This document shows, one piece after another, positions 30,193-41,051 of a DNA stretch of 64,000 bases. This DNA comes from a virus (Duplodnaviria > Caudoviricetes), in IMG/VR virus record IMGVR_UViG_3300028048_000057, positions 32,001-96,000 of that record, one strand, 5' to 3'. Position numbers and translations under genes: made by a program. The notes below the pieces were generated by a model. The model had not been told where the DNA came from. It was given only the letters and a program-made list of their open reading frames with translations, and did not search any database. Numbering within the stretch: the first letter of the stretch is position 1; the number at the start of each line of letters is the position of its first letter.

Positions 30193-32349
30193 ATGGCAAA
30201 ACAAGCAAATCCAATATTTAATTTTGGGATTACTGATGATAATAAAATTGAAACCAAAACCCTTGATGATGTTTTTAACCTTGAAAAGAAGAAGTCTGAG
30301 GAATTAGAAAAATATAAAAGAGACTTAATAAAAGAAACTGCAAACATTCAATCCAAAGATTTAGAAAGAAGATATAAAAATCTTCAACAACAAATAACTA
30401 AACTTGAAATGGATGGTGTAAAAGTTACTCAAGCCTATAGATTGAAGTTACAGAAAGAGGCCATCAAGCAAGAACAAGAAGAAAGATTGAAGTCTCAAAA
30501 AGAATTATATAAAAAAGAATTAGAAAATTTAAAAAAGTCTCAAAGAGGAACTAAAGAAAAACTTTCTGATAATAATAAACTCTATCAACAAAATAAAGAA
30601 ACTTTAGATTTACTTAAAGTTATTGCTTCTCAAAGAAAATTAACTAAGGATGAGAAGAAACTTCAAAAAGATACTAGAGAAGAACAAGCAAAAATCAATA
30701 GAGAAAATGCAGCAATGCAAATTCAACAAGGTTTAGTAAATGCTTTACAAGGCCTTTCTGATTCTATCAACTCTAATATGAAAACTTATGTAAATTTGCA
30801 TAAGGGTACTAATGCTAGATTGCAAGGATATACAGGAAGTGGTATTTTAGGTTTAGGCTTAAGAACTTCAGTAGATAAATATGGTGTTTTAGAAAATAGA
30901 CTTACTTCAGCAGTAGGAGTTAATCCTTATTTTAGAACAGAGGCTATGCTCACTAACCTTAGTAACTTAATAAATGAAGGTATTGCTTCTAATGTTGAAC
31001 AAAGAGCATTTTTACAAACAGCAAGTGAGAATATTGCAAATACTTTTGATGTTGCTAATGGAGCCTTATTAAGAATTGTTAGATTACAACAACAAGACTC
31101 ATCTGCAGCAAGATTAGGTATGGAAGCATATTTAACTAGATTTTTAAATGGTTTAGTTGAAAATACAGAATACCTAAATAAAACTTTTGATACAGTACAA
31201 GAAGCATTAATAGAGACTTCTTCTCATATGTCTATACAAGCATCTACAGAACTTGAGTATGTTATTCAAAAATGGTTAGGTGCTTTAGTTGGTGTAGGTA
31301 TGAGTGAAAGTACAGCATCTAATTTGGCTCAAGCCATAGGTTATTTGGGTAGTGGTAATATTGAAGCCTTAAGTGGAAATGCTTTACAAAATCTTTTAGT
31401 CATGGCAGCAAACAAGAGTAATCTTGGTTTTGGTAGTTTACTTACTAGTGGCTTAAATGCTTCTAATGCAGATGCTTTAATGGCCAATTTAGTAAATTAC
31501 ATGATTGAAATTGAGAAGAGTGGAAATAATGTTGTTAAATCACAATTTGCAAATACATTTGGAATAACTTTTAGTGACTTAGCAGCAGCATCAAACTTAG
31601 CAGGTTCAATGAGTTCACTTTATGGTAACCAATTAAGTTTTGGTGGAATGTATAATGAATTAGCAATGCAACTTATGCAAGTTCCATTAAGAATGACAAT
31701 GAGTGAAATGCTAGACAATGTGTGGGAGAATTTAGAATTTGGTCTTGCTTCTAATGTTGCATCTAGTCCAGCACTTTCAGCAATTTGGAAAGTTACAGAT
31801 ATGATTCAAAGCCAAACTGGTGGAATTAATATTCCATTTATTAGTGCTGCAGGATTTGGAATTGATTTAAATACAACCATTGAAAATTTAGTTAAATTAG
31901 GTGTAGTTGGAATTAGTTCTTTAGGAATGATTGGAGATATGGTAAGTGGTTTATCAACTTCTTTAGTACCATCTTCAGCATTATTAAAATTAGGAATACT
32001 TCCATCTAATACAGCAATTAGTAGAGGAAGTGGCTTAGGAACATTCTCAAGTGGATTAACTACATCTTCTTCAGCAATGAATACAGTTGCTAATGCTAGT
32101 GGTAGTGATATATCAGAAAGTGCTTTAGCAGGAGCAACTCAGGAAACATCTTCAGCAACTATGGATGAAGACCAAGAAAATTCAAAACAAGCAGATATAT
32201 CTACTATTAATATTTATAAATATTTATCAGAAACATTTGATAATAAGTTAGATAGATTGCTTAGTTATGTGGATGGTTTAGAATCTGAATTAACAGAAAT
32301 CAAAAGTAAAATGAATTATAGTGGTGGTTGGGGATTATCTATAACATAA
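30193..32349 (+). CDS. Tape measure protein
   Basis: Coiled-coil N-terminus, A/G/S/L-rich helical remainder; synteny. Confidence 0.75.
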   Translation: MAKQANPIFNFGITDDNKIETKTLDDVFNLEKKKSEELEKYKRDLIKETANIQSKDLERRYKNLQQQITKLEMDGVKVTQAYRLKLQKEAIKQEQEERLKSQKELYKKELENLKKSQRGTKEKLSDNNKLYQQNKETLDLLKVIASQRKLTKDEKKLQKDTREEQAKINRENAAMQIQQGLVNALQGLSDSINSNMKTYVNLHKGTNARLQGYTGSGILGLGLRTSVDKYGVLENRLTSAVGVNPYFRTEAMLTNLSNLINEGIASNVEQRAFLQTASENIANTFDVANGALLRIVRLQQQDSSAARLGMEAYLTRFLNGLVENTEYLNKTFDTVQEALIETSSHMSIQASTELEYVIQKWLGALVGVGMSESTASNLAQAIGYLGSGNIEALSGNALQNLLVMAANKSNLGFGSLLTSGLNASNADALMANLVNYMIEIEKSGNNVVKSQFANTFGITFSDLAAASNLAGSMSSLYGNQLSFGGMYNELAMQLMQVPLRMTMSEMLDNVWENLEFGLASNVASSPALSAIWKVTDMIQSQTGGINIPFISAAGFGIDLNTTIENLVKLGVVGISSLGMIGDMVSGLSTSLVPSSALLKLGILPSNTAISRGSGLGTFSSGLTTSSSAMNTVANASGSDISESALAGATQETSSATMDEDQENSKQADISTINIYKYLSETFDNKLDRLLSYVDGLESELTEIKSKMNYSGGWGLSIT

Positions 32350-32361
32350 GGAGATTGAGGT

Positions 32362-33591
32362 ATGATTGTTTTAAATGATGATAACATTTATGTAGGTAAT
32401 ATAAAACAATTATTACATAATTTTAATTTACCTATGTGTCCTATTTATAATGAGAATAGCACTTATGCTATAGGTGAACACTATTTAAAAGGTAATAAAC
32501 TGTTTGTAATAGATAATAATGGAAATGAAAAGTTTATAACTTTTTATAAATTTGGGGATTTCATTGAAGGTTTGACTACTAAATTTCCTTTATCAAGTAA
32601 TATATATGATTCAAAAACACATAATTATTTAGGTAAATATCTTAGATTTGTTAAAGATTATTTAGGATTAGATTTAATGAGTTTATATAATTGTTGCGGA
32701 TATGATTCTCCTAGAGATTTAAATGCTCATTATGATAAGATTAAATTTAGTACAGAAGATGTTAGATATACTTTAATTATGCTTCCAGTAAGATGGGGCA
32801 AAGAATACACAATTGCTATTGATTATCATGGTGAAATTGAAATGGCATGTATGCACTATTCTAATAATGCTTCTTTAGAAACCTCTACTCAAGAAGGTAT
32901 ACCTATGATACAAGGTACTTATAAAAGAGTAGTAGGAACTAGATTTAATCATCCATTTTTATATGATAATTTAAAATCAAGAGAACATAATGGAGATACC
33001 AAAGAAGAGACTCTAACCTTGTTTATTAAAATTCCATCTACCTGTAATTCTTCTATAGTTGTCTTAGAAGGTGATTATAGAAAATGTACTAATGAAAATA
33101 TGTATATGGATAATAATTTAGATGGCACAGTAAATCAATATAAACAAAAATTAGGTGATGAACTATGTTTTTATGAGTTAGGTAGTTTTGAAAAACCTAT
33201 TTGGAATTTTGATTTTGTAACTAAAAATCAACTTTTATCCTTAAACTTAAAGGCTAAAGCATTATTAGCAGATAGATTAGTTGAATATTTATCTAAGCAA
33301 GCAATAGCCCCTAATTGTGATGTTACAGCAAATATTAAAAGATTACAAAAAACATTAAAAAAGGAATATCCTTTATCTTATACAATTAAAGAATATGGTA
33401 TATGGGATGATTCAATGAAGAAATATATTTATAAGTATATTTGGGACAGTGGTATTATTAATAATTACCAAGATATGTTATCTTATTTTGATAAAGATGT
33501 AGAAACAAAGATAGGAGGATTACTTTCTCAATATTCAGATTTAAATCCTTCTAAAAAAACTTTTTCTAATGCTACTTCAGGAGGTAAATAA
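32362..33591 (+). CDS. Putative baseplate/tail-associated protein
   Basis: Synteny only. Confidence 0.45.
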   Translation: MIVLNDDNIYVGNIKQLLHNFNLPMCPIYNENSTYAIGEHYLKGNKLFVIDNNGNEKFITFYKFGDFIEGLTTKFPLSSNIYDSKTHNYLGKYLRFVKDYLGLDLMSLYNCCGYDSPRDLNAHYDKIKFSTEDVRYTLIMLPVRWGKEYTIAIDYHGEIEMACMHYSNNASLETSTQEGIPMIQGTYKRVVGTRFNHPFLYDNLKSREHNGDTKEETLTLFIKIPSTCNSSIVVLEGDYRKCTNENMYMDNNLDGTVNQYKQKLGDELCFYELGSFEKPIWNFDFVTKNQLLSLNLKAKALLADRLVEYLSKQAIAPNCDVTANIKRLQKTLKKEYPLSYTIKEYGIWDDSMKKYIYKYIWDSGIINNYQDMLSYFDKDVETKIGGLLSQYSDLNPSKKTFSNATSGGK

Positions 33592-33593
33592 AA

Positions 33594-34172
33594 ATGCCAG
33601 TATCAAAGACAATGAAGTTAATTGATAACTATATTTATTTATATCATACTGATACATGGTTATTATTACCTGAATATCCAGATTCAGTTAGTGATAAGAT
33701 GATGTCTACTTTTGGACAACAAAATGCTTTAAGTAGAACAGCACCTATTTTCTCCTATAGTAATAGTGGACCAAGAACAGTTCAAATTAATTTACATTTA
33801 CATAGAGATATGTTGGAAGATGTAAATATAGATACAAGTAATTTAAAGTTAGATGTTGATGAAGATTATGTAGATGCTTTAATAAGAAATTTACAAGCAA
33901 TAGCATTACCTAGTTATAGAGAAGCAGAAAAAATGGTTAATCCACCTTTGATTGCAGTTAAACTAGGAAATGAAATATTTGTTAAGGGAGTAGTTATTGG
34001 AGGTGTATCTATTCTTTATGAAAAGCCTATTATGATAGGTGATAGATATGCTCAATGTACACTTAATTTTGAAGTATATGAAGTAGACCCATTTGATGCA
34101 GAAAGTGTTAGCCAATTAGGTTCCTTTAGAGGAATTACTAAACAATTTAAAAATGGTATCTATAAAGATTAG
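33594..34172 (+). CDS. Tail tube initiator-like baseplate protein
   Basis: YSNSGPRTVQINL, LPSY...PPLIAVKLG. Confidence 0.7.
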   Translation: MPVSKTMKLIDNYIYLYHTDTWLLLPEYPDSVSDKMMSTFGQQNALSRTAPIFSYSNSGPRTVQINLHLHRDMLEDVNIDTSNLKLDVDEDYVDALIRNLQAIALPSYREAEKMVNPPLIAVKLGNEIFVKGVVIGGVSILYEKPIMIGDRYAQCTLNFEVYEVDPFDAESVSQLGSFRGITKQFKNGIYKD

Positions 34173-34183
34173 GAGGAAATTCT

Positions 34184-34510
34184 ATGGATGTTTTAGTAGA
34201 TAAACAAAAAAGAGATTATGACCATATTTCTAGATATTCTTCTTTTTCTTTTTATTACAATACACAAGATAAAAAATATATTTATGAAATTACTAGTCAA
34301 TTAAGTGATATTGTTACTTTTGTAGAACATAAGATTAAACAAGATGATACTTTAGATTCTTTGGCTTTTTATTATTATGGAAGACCAGATTTATATTGGG
34401 TTATTGCAGATTTTAATAGAATTCAAGACCCATTTATTAATCTTTATGAAAATTATAAATCATTAAAAGTACCTAACTTAAGTAATATTTCATTTATAGT
34501 TAAAGGATAA
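34184..34510 (+). CDS. LysM-like baseplate wedge protein (gp53/gpX-like)
   Basis: DTLDSLAFYYYGRPDLYWVIADFN. Confidence 0.85.
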   Translation: MDVLVDKQKRDYDHISRYSSFSFYYNTQDKKYIYEITSQLSDIVTFVEHKIKQDDTLDSLAFYYYGRPDLYWVIADFNRIQDPFINLYENYKSLKVPNLSNISFIVKG

Positions 34511-34518
34511 TAATTAAG

Positions 34519-35772
34519 ATGGCTACAAGTAGATTAAATTTATTAGGAAGTACATCTAGAGTAGAAACACCTTTTATTAAAGTTACTATAGGTAAATATA
34601 CTTTTGGGGCTTATAGTAAAACAACTACACTTGAAAGTGATGGAATGGGTGCTTATATTTTAAATAAAGTTCAATACCCTAATTACCTTCAAAGATTAAA
34701 TGTATCTAAAATCAATGGTGTTGTTAATAAATATACATTGGAATTAGTTTATCCAATTACTCAAAATGATGACCCAAACTTCTTTGAAAAAGTATTTAGT
34801 AGTGTTAGTAAATCTCGTAAAATTATTTTTAGTTATGGAGATATGAGTGTTCCTACTTTCTTATATAGAGAAGAAGAAGCCACTATTATTAACATAAAAA
34901 AGGATTTAGATATTAAAAATTGTGCTATTAAATATATAGTTAGTGCTATAGGTGCAGGGTTTAAAGTTTCTATAGGTTCTTATACATTTGACTCAACTTA
35001 TGCAAGACCTAGTGAAGTAATTAAGAATTTACTTTATAATAGACCAGACCTTGGATTGTTAGAAGTTTTTTATGGTATGAGAGACCAAGGATTAGTGGAA
35101 CAAGAAGGACTAATTTTAAGTGATGATGTTCAAGTATATCTTCAAAAACAAACCAATATGTCAGTACTTGATTATATTAGTTATCTTGTTAGTAAAATGA
35201 AAACTACAGGATTTAACTCACTAACCAATAAGGAAGTCTATTCTATGGTTTTAGTTGATGATACTAGTGACAAGTTTAAGGGCCCTTATTTTAAAATAGT
35301 GAAAACTAAAAAAGTTAAAAATATGTCTACAGCATATGAAATTGATGTTGGGTTTCCTTCTCCAAATGCAATTCTTAGTTATAGATGCACAGATGACCAA
35401 ACTTATTCTATATTGTATGAATTTAGCAAAGAATTGAAAGATGCTCAATATGTACAAAGAATAAACAATGAAGGTAAATTAGAAGAGATATATGCTCCTA
35501 TTATAGCAAGTGGTACAGCAACTAGAGATGTTGATTCTATTGACACTAAATGGTGGACTAATGTAACAGAATTTCCAATTAAATTACAATTAACTATAAA
35601 AGGATTATTAAGGCCAGCAATTCTTATGTCTCATGTTAGATTAAATGTAATATTCTTTGGTAGAAAATATTTAGATAGTGGATTATATATTGTTACCAAA
35701 CAAGAAGATGAAGTTTCAGGAAATGGGTTTAGAACAACATTAAATCTCACAAGAATAGATGGAGATGAATAG
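34519..35772 (+). CDS. Baseplate hub protein (gp27/gpD-like)
   Basis: C-terminal SGLYIVTKQEDEVSGNGFRTTLNLTR. Confidence 0.75.
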   Translation: MATSRLNLLGSTSRVETPFIKVTIGKYTFGAYSKTTTLESDGMGAYILNKVQYPNYLQRLNVSKINGVVNKYTLELVYPITQNDDPNFFEKVFSSVSKSRKIIFSYGDMSVPTFLYREEEATIINIKKDLDIKNCAIKYIVSAIGAGFKVSIGSYTFDSTYARPSEVIKNLLYNRPDLGLLEVFYGMRDQGLVEQEGLILSDDVQVYLQKQTNMSVLDYISYLVSKMKTTGFNSLTNKEVYSMVLVDDTSDKFKGPYFKIVKTKKVKNMSTAYEIDVGFPSPNAILSYRCTDDQTYSILYEFSKELKDAQYVQRINNEGKLEEIYAPIIASGTATRDVDSIDTKWWTNVTEFPIKLQLTIKGLLRPAILMSHVRLNVIFFGRKYLDSGLYIVTKQEDEVSGNGFRTTLNLTRIDGDE

Positions 35773-35803
35773 ATTATACTTAGTGTATAATAATTAGAAG
35801 ATT

Positions 35804-36637
35804 ATGGTTACAAAAGGTATAGTATTAGGTAGAAAACAAAATACAAATTTATACACTGTGAGAATTCCTTACTTTGAAAGTGCAGGAGGTTCTCAATGTA
35901 TTTTTGATGCTACTCTTTGTGCACCTCCAAATATTAGTGAAGCCTATAATGAAGGAGATGTTGTTCAAATTGCTTTTGAAGATAGACAAATGGACAGCCC
36001 TGTTATTATAGGGAAATTATTTACTTTAGATGAGAAAGAGGCTAGAGGATTTTCTAAAGTTCAAGCATTAGAAGTATCTAATAGTGCTTCTCTTCCATCT
36101 AATACTACTTTAGGTGGAGTTCCTTTAAAAAATATATTAGAAGTTATAGGAAAAGATTTAGATGAAGAAAATGATATTCCTCTAGAGGAGATGCCTACAA
36201 TTAGAGTTACTTCTTTATCTTATCCAAGTGAAGTAGTTAAATTTAATGAAGGTGATGTTGCTTACTTAAATGTTGTTGTAGAAGGCAATCTTAAGGTTGG
36301 AGATGAAATTACTATTTGTGAAAGAACAAAAAGTAAAGAAAATCCTAAAGGAACAAAAAGAGGAAGAGTAAGATATAGATATAAGACATTAAAATATATA
36401 ACTATAACTTCTCAAGATATTGGAAAAACAAGATTTAGTATACCTATTTATAATATTGAAGATGATAGATATGTGTTTAGTCATAATAATTCATCTACTC
36501 AAACAAGAGATACTTGGAGATATGTTAGAATAAGAAGAAAAATTCCATTTAAGTCTAATTGTAAATTTTCAAATATAGAAAGAATTTTAGTTATATATAG
36601 ATTTGATTCCAATAGATGTACATTAACTATTAACTAA
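35804..36637 (+). CDS. Baseplate spike (OB-fold N-terminus) with basic C-terminal extension
   Basis: VRIP...GDVVQIAFED...PVIIGKL. Confidence 0.7.
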   Translation: MVTKGIVLGRKQNTNLYTVRIPYFESAGGSQCIFDATLCAPPNISEAYNEGDVVQIAFEDRQMDSPVIIGKLFTLDEKEARGFSKVQALEVSNSASLPSNTTLGGVPLKNILEVIGKDLDEENDIPLEEMPTIRVTSLSYPSEVVKFNEGDVAYLNVVVEGNLKVGDEITICERTKSKENPKGTKRGRVRYRYKTLKYITITSQDIGKTRFSIPIYNIEDDRYVFSHNNSSTQTRDTWRYVRIRRKIPFKSNCKFSNIERILVIYRFDSNRCTLTIN

Positions 36638-36645
36638 ATTTATAT

Positions 36646-36715
36646 AGGGTGTATGTTTATCATCCGTTTGGGTGAATATTAAAAGTCTTGTTAAAGGGCT
36701 TAAGTTGAACATCCT
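36646..36715 (+). ncRNA. Candidate structured small RNA (three-way junction)
   Basis: P1 AGGGTGT/ACATCCT, P2 ATGTTTATC/GGTGAATAT, P3 AAGTCTT/AGGGCTT; many G-U pairs. Confidence 0.35.
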
Positions 36716-36789
36716 TAAACTATTAATTTATAATTAAAGTACATAAATAAATGCTAAATTTATTGACAAATATAATGGAGGAATGAGCC

Positions 36790-37161
36790 TTGAATAGTAT
36801 TGGTTTTCCAGAAATGTTTAAATCTAGTGCAACTCTAGTAGTTAAAGATAGAGAAGCATCATTACAAGATTTACAACTACTTCTTGCAAGTGAGAAGGGT
36901 GAACTTTTTGGTGACCCATTCTTTGGAGTAAGAGTTAAAAAGTATACTTTTAACCAAAACAATTATGTATTAAGGGACATTCTAGTAGATGAGATTTTTA
37001 CACAAGTAAAAGTATTTGCTCCTCAAATAACAGTAAGTAGAGATGACATTAAAATAATTCAAACAGGAAACACTTTAGTTACTAATATTAAAGGAATCAA
37101 CAAACTTGATTTTACTACAGATATGTATCAATTAGAGTTGTTTAATGATGAAGAGAGGTAA
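36790..37161 (+). CDS. Baseplate wedge protein gp25-like
   Basis: LLASEKGELFGDPFFG...FAPQI. Confidence 0.9.
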   Translation: MNSIGFPEMFKSSATLVVKDREASLQDLQLLLASEKGELFGDPFFGVRVKKYTFNQNNYVLRDILVDEIFTQVKVFAPQITVSRDDIKIIQTGNTLVTNIKGINKLDFTTDMYQLELFNDEER

Positions 37162-37166
37162 AATAA

Positions 37167-40100
37167 ATGATTAATGATAATGAGTTAATGATTAGTAATA
37201 AATCATATATAAATAAGGATTTTGCTACAATTTATCCTGAACTTTTAGACTATGTAAATATATTAACTAATAAATGGAATCCTCAAACTTCAAATGAAAG
37301 TGACCCAGGTGTTGTTCTTTTAAAATTAATGGGATTCATTGGAGACAAACTTAATTATAATTCAGATAAAAACATTTTAGAAGATTTTGCATTAAGTGCT
37401 ACTCAAGAATCTTCCATGAGAAAAATTTTATCTCCTTTAGGATATGATATGAAATATTATCATAGTGCTACAACAAAAGTACAATTTACTTTTATAGGAG
37501 ATGAACTAAATGATTCTAATGGAATAAACAAAAATATTAAGTTTCCAGCACTAGATACTATTATTACTAGTGATGATGAAAGTATTCAATTTGTACTTGT
37601 AAATTCACTTGAGTTGGATGCTAAAAATATTCCTAATTCTGCATTAGCCATTCAAGGGAGAAAAGAAACTTTAACTATTGGGGATAAAGATGTTATTTTA
37701 TTGGAAAACATTGATTCTAATAATAGAGTATATTTTCCAATACAAAGAGTTGCAGAAAATGGAGTATTTATTCATAGGGTAGATGATGATTCTAGATGGG
37801 AATGTATATCTAACTTAAATCTTTCTCCTATACATAGTGATGTTTTTGCTTTTGGTTATGATAGTGCTAGAGGACTTCCTTATGTAGAATTTCCAGATGA
37901 CATTGCAAATCTTATAGGAAATGGTCTACATATTGATTATATTATTACAGATGGTAGAGATGGAAATGTCAAGGCAAAATTCTTAACTAAATTAATTAAG
38001 CCTACTGAAATTCTTATTAATGGTACAGATGAAACTATTTCTTTTTCAGAAGATAACTCTAATTTATTAATTATTAAAAATTTAAGTGCTTCTATTGATG
38101 GTGCAGACCCAGAAACAATAGATGAAGCATACAATAATTTTAAGAAAACTATTGGTACTTTTGATACTTTAGTTACTTGTAGAGATTATGCTAATGCTAT
38201 TTATAGTATGTTAGATTTAGATACAGATTTAAATGTAGTTAGTAATGCTCAGGTAAGTGATAGAAGAGATGATTTTATGTATTCAACAAGAGTAGTTTCT
38301 TATGATACTTATGGTCAAAAAGTTACTAATGTAAAAAATAATATTAATAAAGATATTACAGCAAATGATTTATTCTTATATCCTTTATCTCCAGTAAGTT
38401 CATATACTATTGAAGGCTATACAGGTTCATTTAAACCTTTAAATAATGTTGCATATGTTGAAAGAAGATTAGAGAATTCTAAAACAGCATCTCATGATTT
38501 TTACCATCCTGTAGAAAGTGCTATTAGATTTTATGGACTTAAAAATTATCTTAAACTTAGTGCTCAAATTGCTACTACATATAAAGTAAATAATTATGAA
38601 AGAAAAGACATTATTTCTAATGTTATTAGTGCTTTAATTAAAAAATTTAATGCTAGAGAAGTAGATTATGGGTATGAAATTCCATATAATGAAATTCAAG
38701 ATACAATTTTAAATGCAGATTCTAGAATTACTTTTGTAAATTTACCAGACCCAACAATAACTACTAAAGTTTTATTTTCTAATGGAGATGAAAAAGCATT
38801 AATTTCTAGTGATGGACTTGATTATTTATTAACTTTAATGGCTCACAATATTTTATTAGGAAAAATTTCTTTGTTTGATTATGATGAAGATTTTAGTTAT
38901 GATTTTGGCCAAGAACAAATTAGTGGAAAGGCTATGAAACTTAAAGAACTTTCTACTATTAGTACAAAAACAGAAATTGAATTGGATTCAGGTTTAGAAG
39001 AAGAATTATTAGATAATGAAGTTATTCAAATGCTTGCTCCTTCTTTAATTACATCAAATAATTATTCATATGGTATTTATTATCATTTTACTAGTATTAA
39101 TTCAGTTCTAGAAAATACAAATTATAAATTAGGTTCTGGTGAAGAACTTTGGATAACTTATACTGATTCAGCAACTAAAAAAGTAATTACTAAAAAATTC
39201 ACAGAAGGTGAAATCATTCAACCTAAAGGGTTTACTTTAGTTCCTTCACAAGAGGGTAGAGGAGTTCAAAGAACTATTACATTTGAAGGACAGGAAGTTA
39301 CTTTATGGTTTGCTTCTTTAGGTGCTAGTGAAGAGATTGCTATTAGAAAAATTAATAAAACTACTTTTGGTAAACCTACTAATTTCTATTGGATTAGAAA
39401 TAATTCAGATAATCATTTATTTACTAGTGGAGATGCCATCATTAAGGATGATGTTGTGAAAGGTTATGAAACTATTTTAGGCGATGGTGAATATTTATTT
39501 TATACAGATGAAGGATTTAATAATCTTGTCTCATTAGGAAGTGGTACTACAATTTATACAAATAAATTAGATTTAGTTAATATTACTGCTAAAGTTGTTA
39601 CTTTTGAAGAAGTAATGGAAGAAGGTTTATTAGGACTTAAGGATAAATGGAATAAAATTAGTCTTACTAAAGAAAGTGTGCCATTAGGAGGTACTTATTT
39701 GTTAGTTCAAGAAAACACTATTTTAACTCTTACACAAGGGGATAAAATCACTTGGACTAAAGAAGAATCTAGTTTATCAAATACTATTACTTTAAATAAT
39801 ACATTACAACCAATTAGTGGTACAATTGAATATCAAATCAAAGGAGAACAACCTGATTTATTAGAGGGATACAACCTTGGAGAAGATTCAAAATGGAGAA
39901 TTAAATCTAGATACGATATTAATTGTGGTAGAAGTTTTGCACAATCTATAGGTGATGAGAGACAAACAGTTGTGTTTACAAATAAAGATAATTCTACCAT
40001 TTCTTTAGGTGGTGTAGGTGGAGTTGGACAAACCTTTAATTTAAATGAAGCATATCAATTTGCAGGAGCAGAAAGCATTGATGTGTCTTCTAAAGATGTT

Positions 40101-41051
40101 GTTACAGGAAATACATTCTACCCATTTAGTGTATATTGTTATGAATATCAACAAGTGGATGGCTCTAGTTTAGTTTTAGATAGAAATTCAGAAGGATATG
40201 TTGCCATTAAAGTAAAAAGTGGAGGAGATTTAAATGCAGATAAATTCTGTATGCCTAATATTGATGAATATAGTGTATTAATGGTTTATGCTACGATTAC
40301 ATCTAGTAATATTAAAATTAGAACATTTAATTATGTTGAAGATACCTTAATTGTAGATGCTACCACATTTGCTAGTGAGTTAAGTGATAAGGGTACATTA
40401 TATAAATTTGATTTAACCCAAGAGGAATATGTTAGTGTAACTACTTATGAAAATGATGTAACATATTATTATGTAGAAGGTTCAAACAAAAAGATTAGGC
40501 TTTACAATAGTGGTACTTCTTGGAGTGATGCTTCATCTACAATAGAAATCACTAAAGATGGAATTTATAATTTAGAGATTGAAAAAGGAACTACTGAAAT
40601 TTATATTTATAGTGACTACACTACTACAGGTAGTGATGAAGATGATGGATATAGTAAAAATACTTTAATATTAGATTATATAAAATATATTAATGGAATT
40701 GATTATGATAGTGAAATTGGGAAGAGATATGGTTTAAATCCACAAATAGGTTTAGAAAACATTACAGGAAATGATAAATCAGGAAAAACTATAACTCAAC
40801 TTGAAGAAGCATTATTAACAAAAATTAGAGATTTAGATAACCATAAAGAATCAGGTAGTTTATTAGTGTTAGACCCTCAATTCTACTACACTTGTAGAAT
40901 TCATAATTCAAATGTTATTGAATCTAAGGATTTAACTACTCCACAATCTTTATATGATATTAATAATTTTGCTAATAAGTTTGTCATTTCACAAATTGAT
41001 TTTGAAAAAATAAGTGATGATATAGATATATTAAGGAGTTCTAGATTATGA
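37167..41051 (+). CDS. Baseplate wedge protein (gp6/gpJ-like) with long C-terminal extension
   Basis: SYINKDF, ESDPGVVLL, GADPETIDE, VTCRDY. Confidence 0.9.
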   Translation: MINDNELMISNKSYINKDFATIYPELLDYVNILTNKWNPQTSNESDPGVVLLKLMGFIGDKLNYNSDKNILEDFALSATQESSMRKILSPLGYDMKYYHSATTKVQFTFIGDELNDSNGINKNIKFPALDTIITSDDESIQFVLVNSLELDAKNIPNSALAIQGRKETLTIGDKDVILLENIDSNNRVYFPIQRVAENGVFIHRVDDDSRWECISNLNLSPIHSDVFAFGYDSARGLPYVEFPDDIANLIGNGLHIDYIITDGRDGNVKAKFLTKLIKPTEILINGTDETISFSEDNSNLLIIKNLSASIDGADPETIDEAYNNFKKTIGTFDTLVTCRDYANAIYSMLDLDTDLNVVSNAQVSDRRDDFMYSTRVVSYDTYGQKVTNVKNNINKDITANDLFLYPLSPVSSYTIEGYTGSFKPLNNVAYVERRLENSKTASHDFYHPVESAIRFYGLKNYLKLSAQIATTYKVNNYERKDIISNVISALIKKFNAREVDYGYEIPYNEIQDTILNADSRITFVNLPDPTITTKVLFSNGDEKALISSDGLDYLLTLMAHNILLGKISLFDYDEDFSYDFGQEQISGKAMKLKELSTISTKTEIELDSGLEEELLDNEVIQMLAPSLITSNNYSYGIYYHFTSINSVLENTNYKLGSGEELWITYTDSATKKVITKKFTEGEIIQPKGFTLVPSQEGRGVQRTITFEGQEVTLWFASLGASEEIAIRKINKTTFGKPTNFYWIRNNSDNHLFTSGDAIIKDDVVKGYETILGDGEYLFYTDEGFNNLVSLGSGTTIYTNKLDLVNITAKVVTFEEVMEEGLLGLKDKWNKISLTKESVPLGGTYLLVQENTILTLTQGDKITWTKEESSLSNTITLNNTLQPISGTIEYQIKGEQPDLLEGYNLGEDSKWRIKSRYDINCGRSFAQSIGDERQTVVFTNKDNSTISLGGVGGVGQTFNLNEAYQFAGAESIDVSSKDVVTGNTFYPFSVYCYEYQQVDGSSLVLDRNSEGYVAIKVKSGGDLNADKFCMPNIDEYSVLMVYATITSSNIKIRTFNYVEDTLIVDATTFASELSDKGTLYKFDLTQEEYVSVTTYENDVTYYYVEGSNKKIRLYNSGTSWSDASSTIEITKDGIYNLEIEKGTTEIYIYSDYTTTGSDEDDGYSKNTLILDYIKYINGIDYDSEIGKRYGLNPQIGLENITGNDKSGKTITQLEEALLTKIRDLDNHKESGSLLVLDPQFYYTCRIHNSNVIESKDLTTPQSLYDINNFANKFVISQIDFEKISDDIDILRSSRL

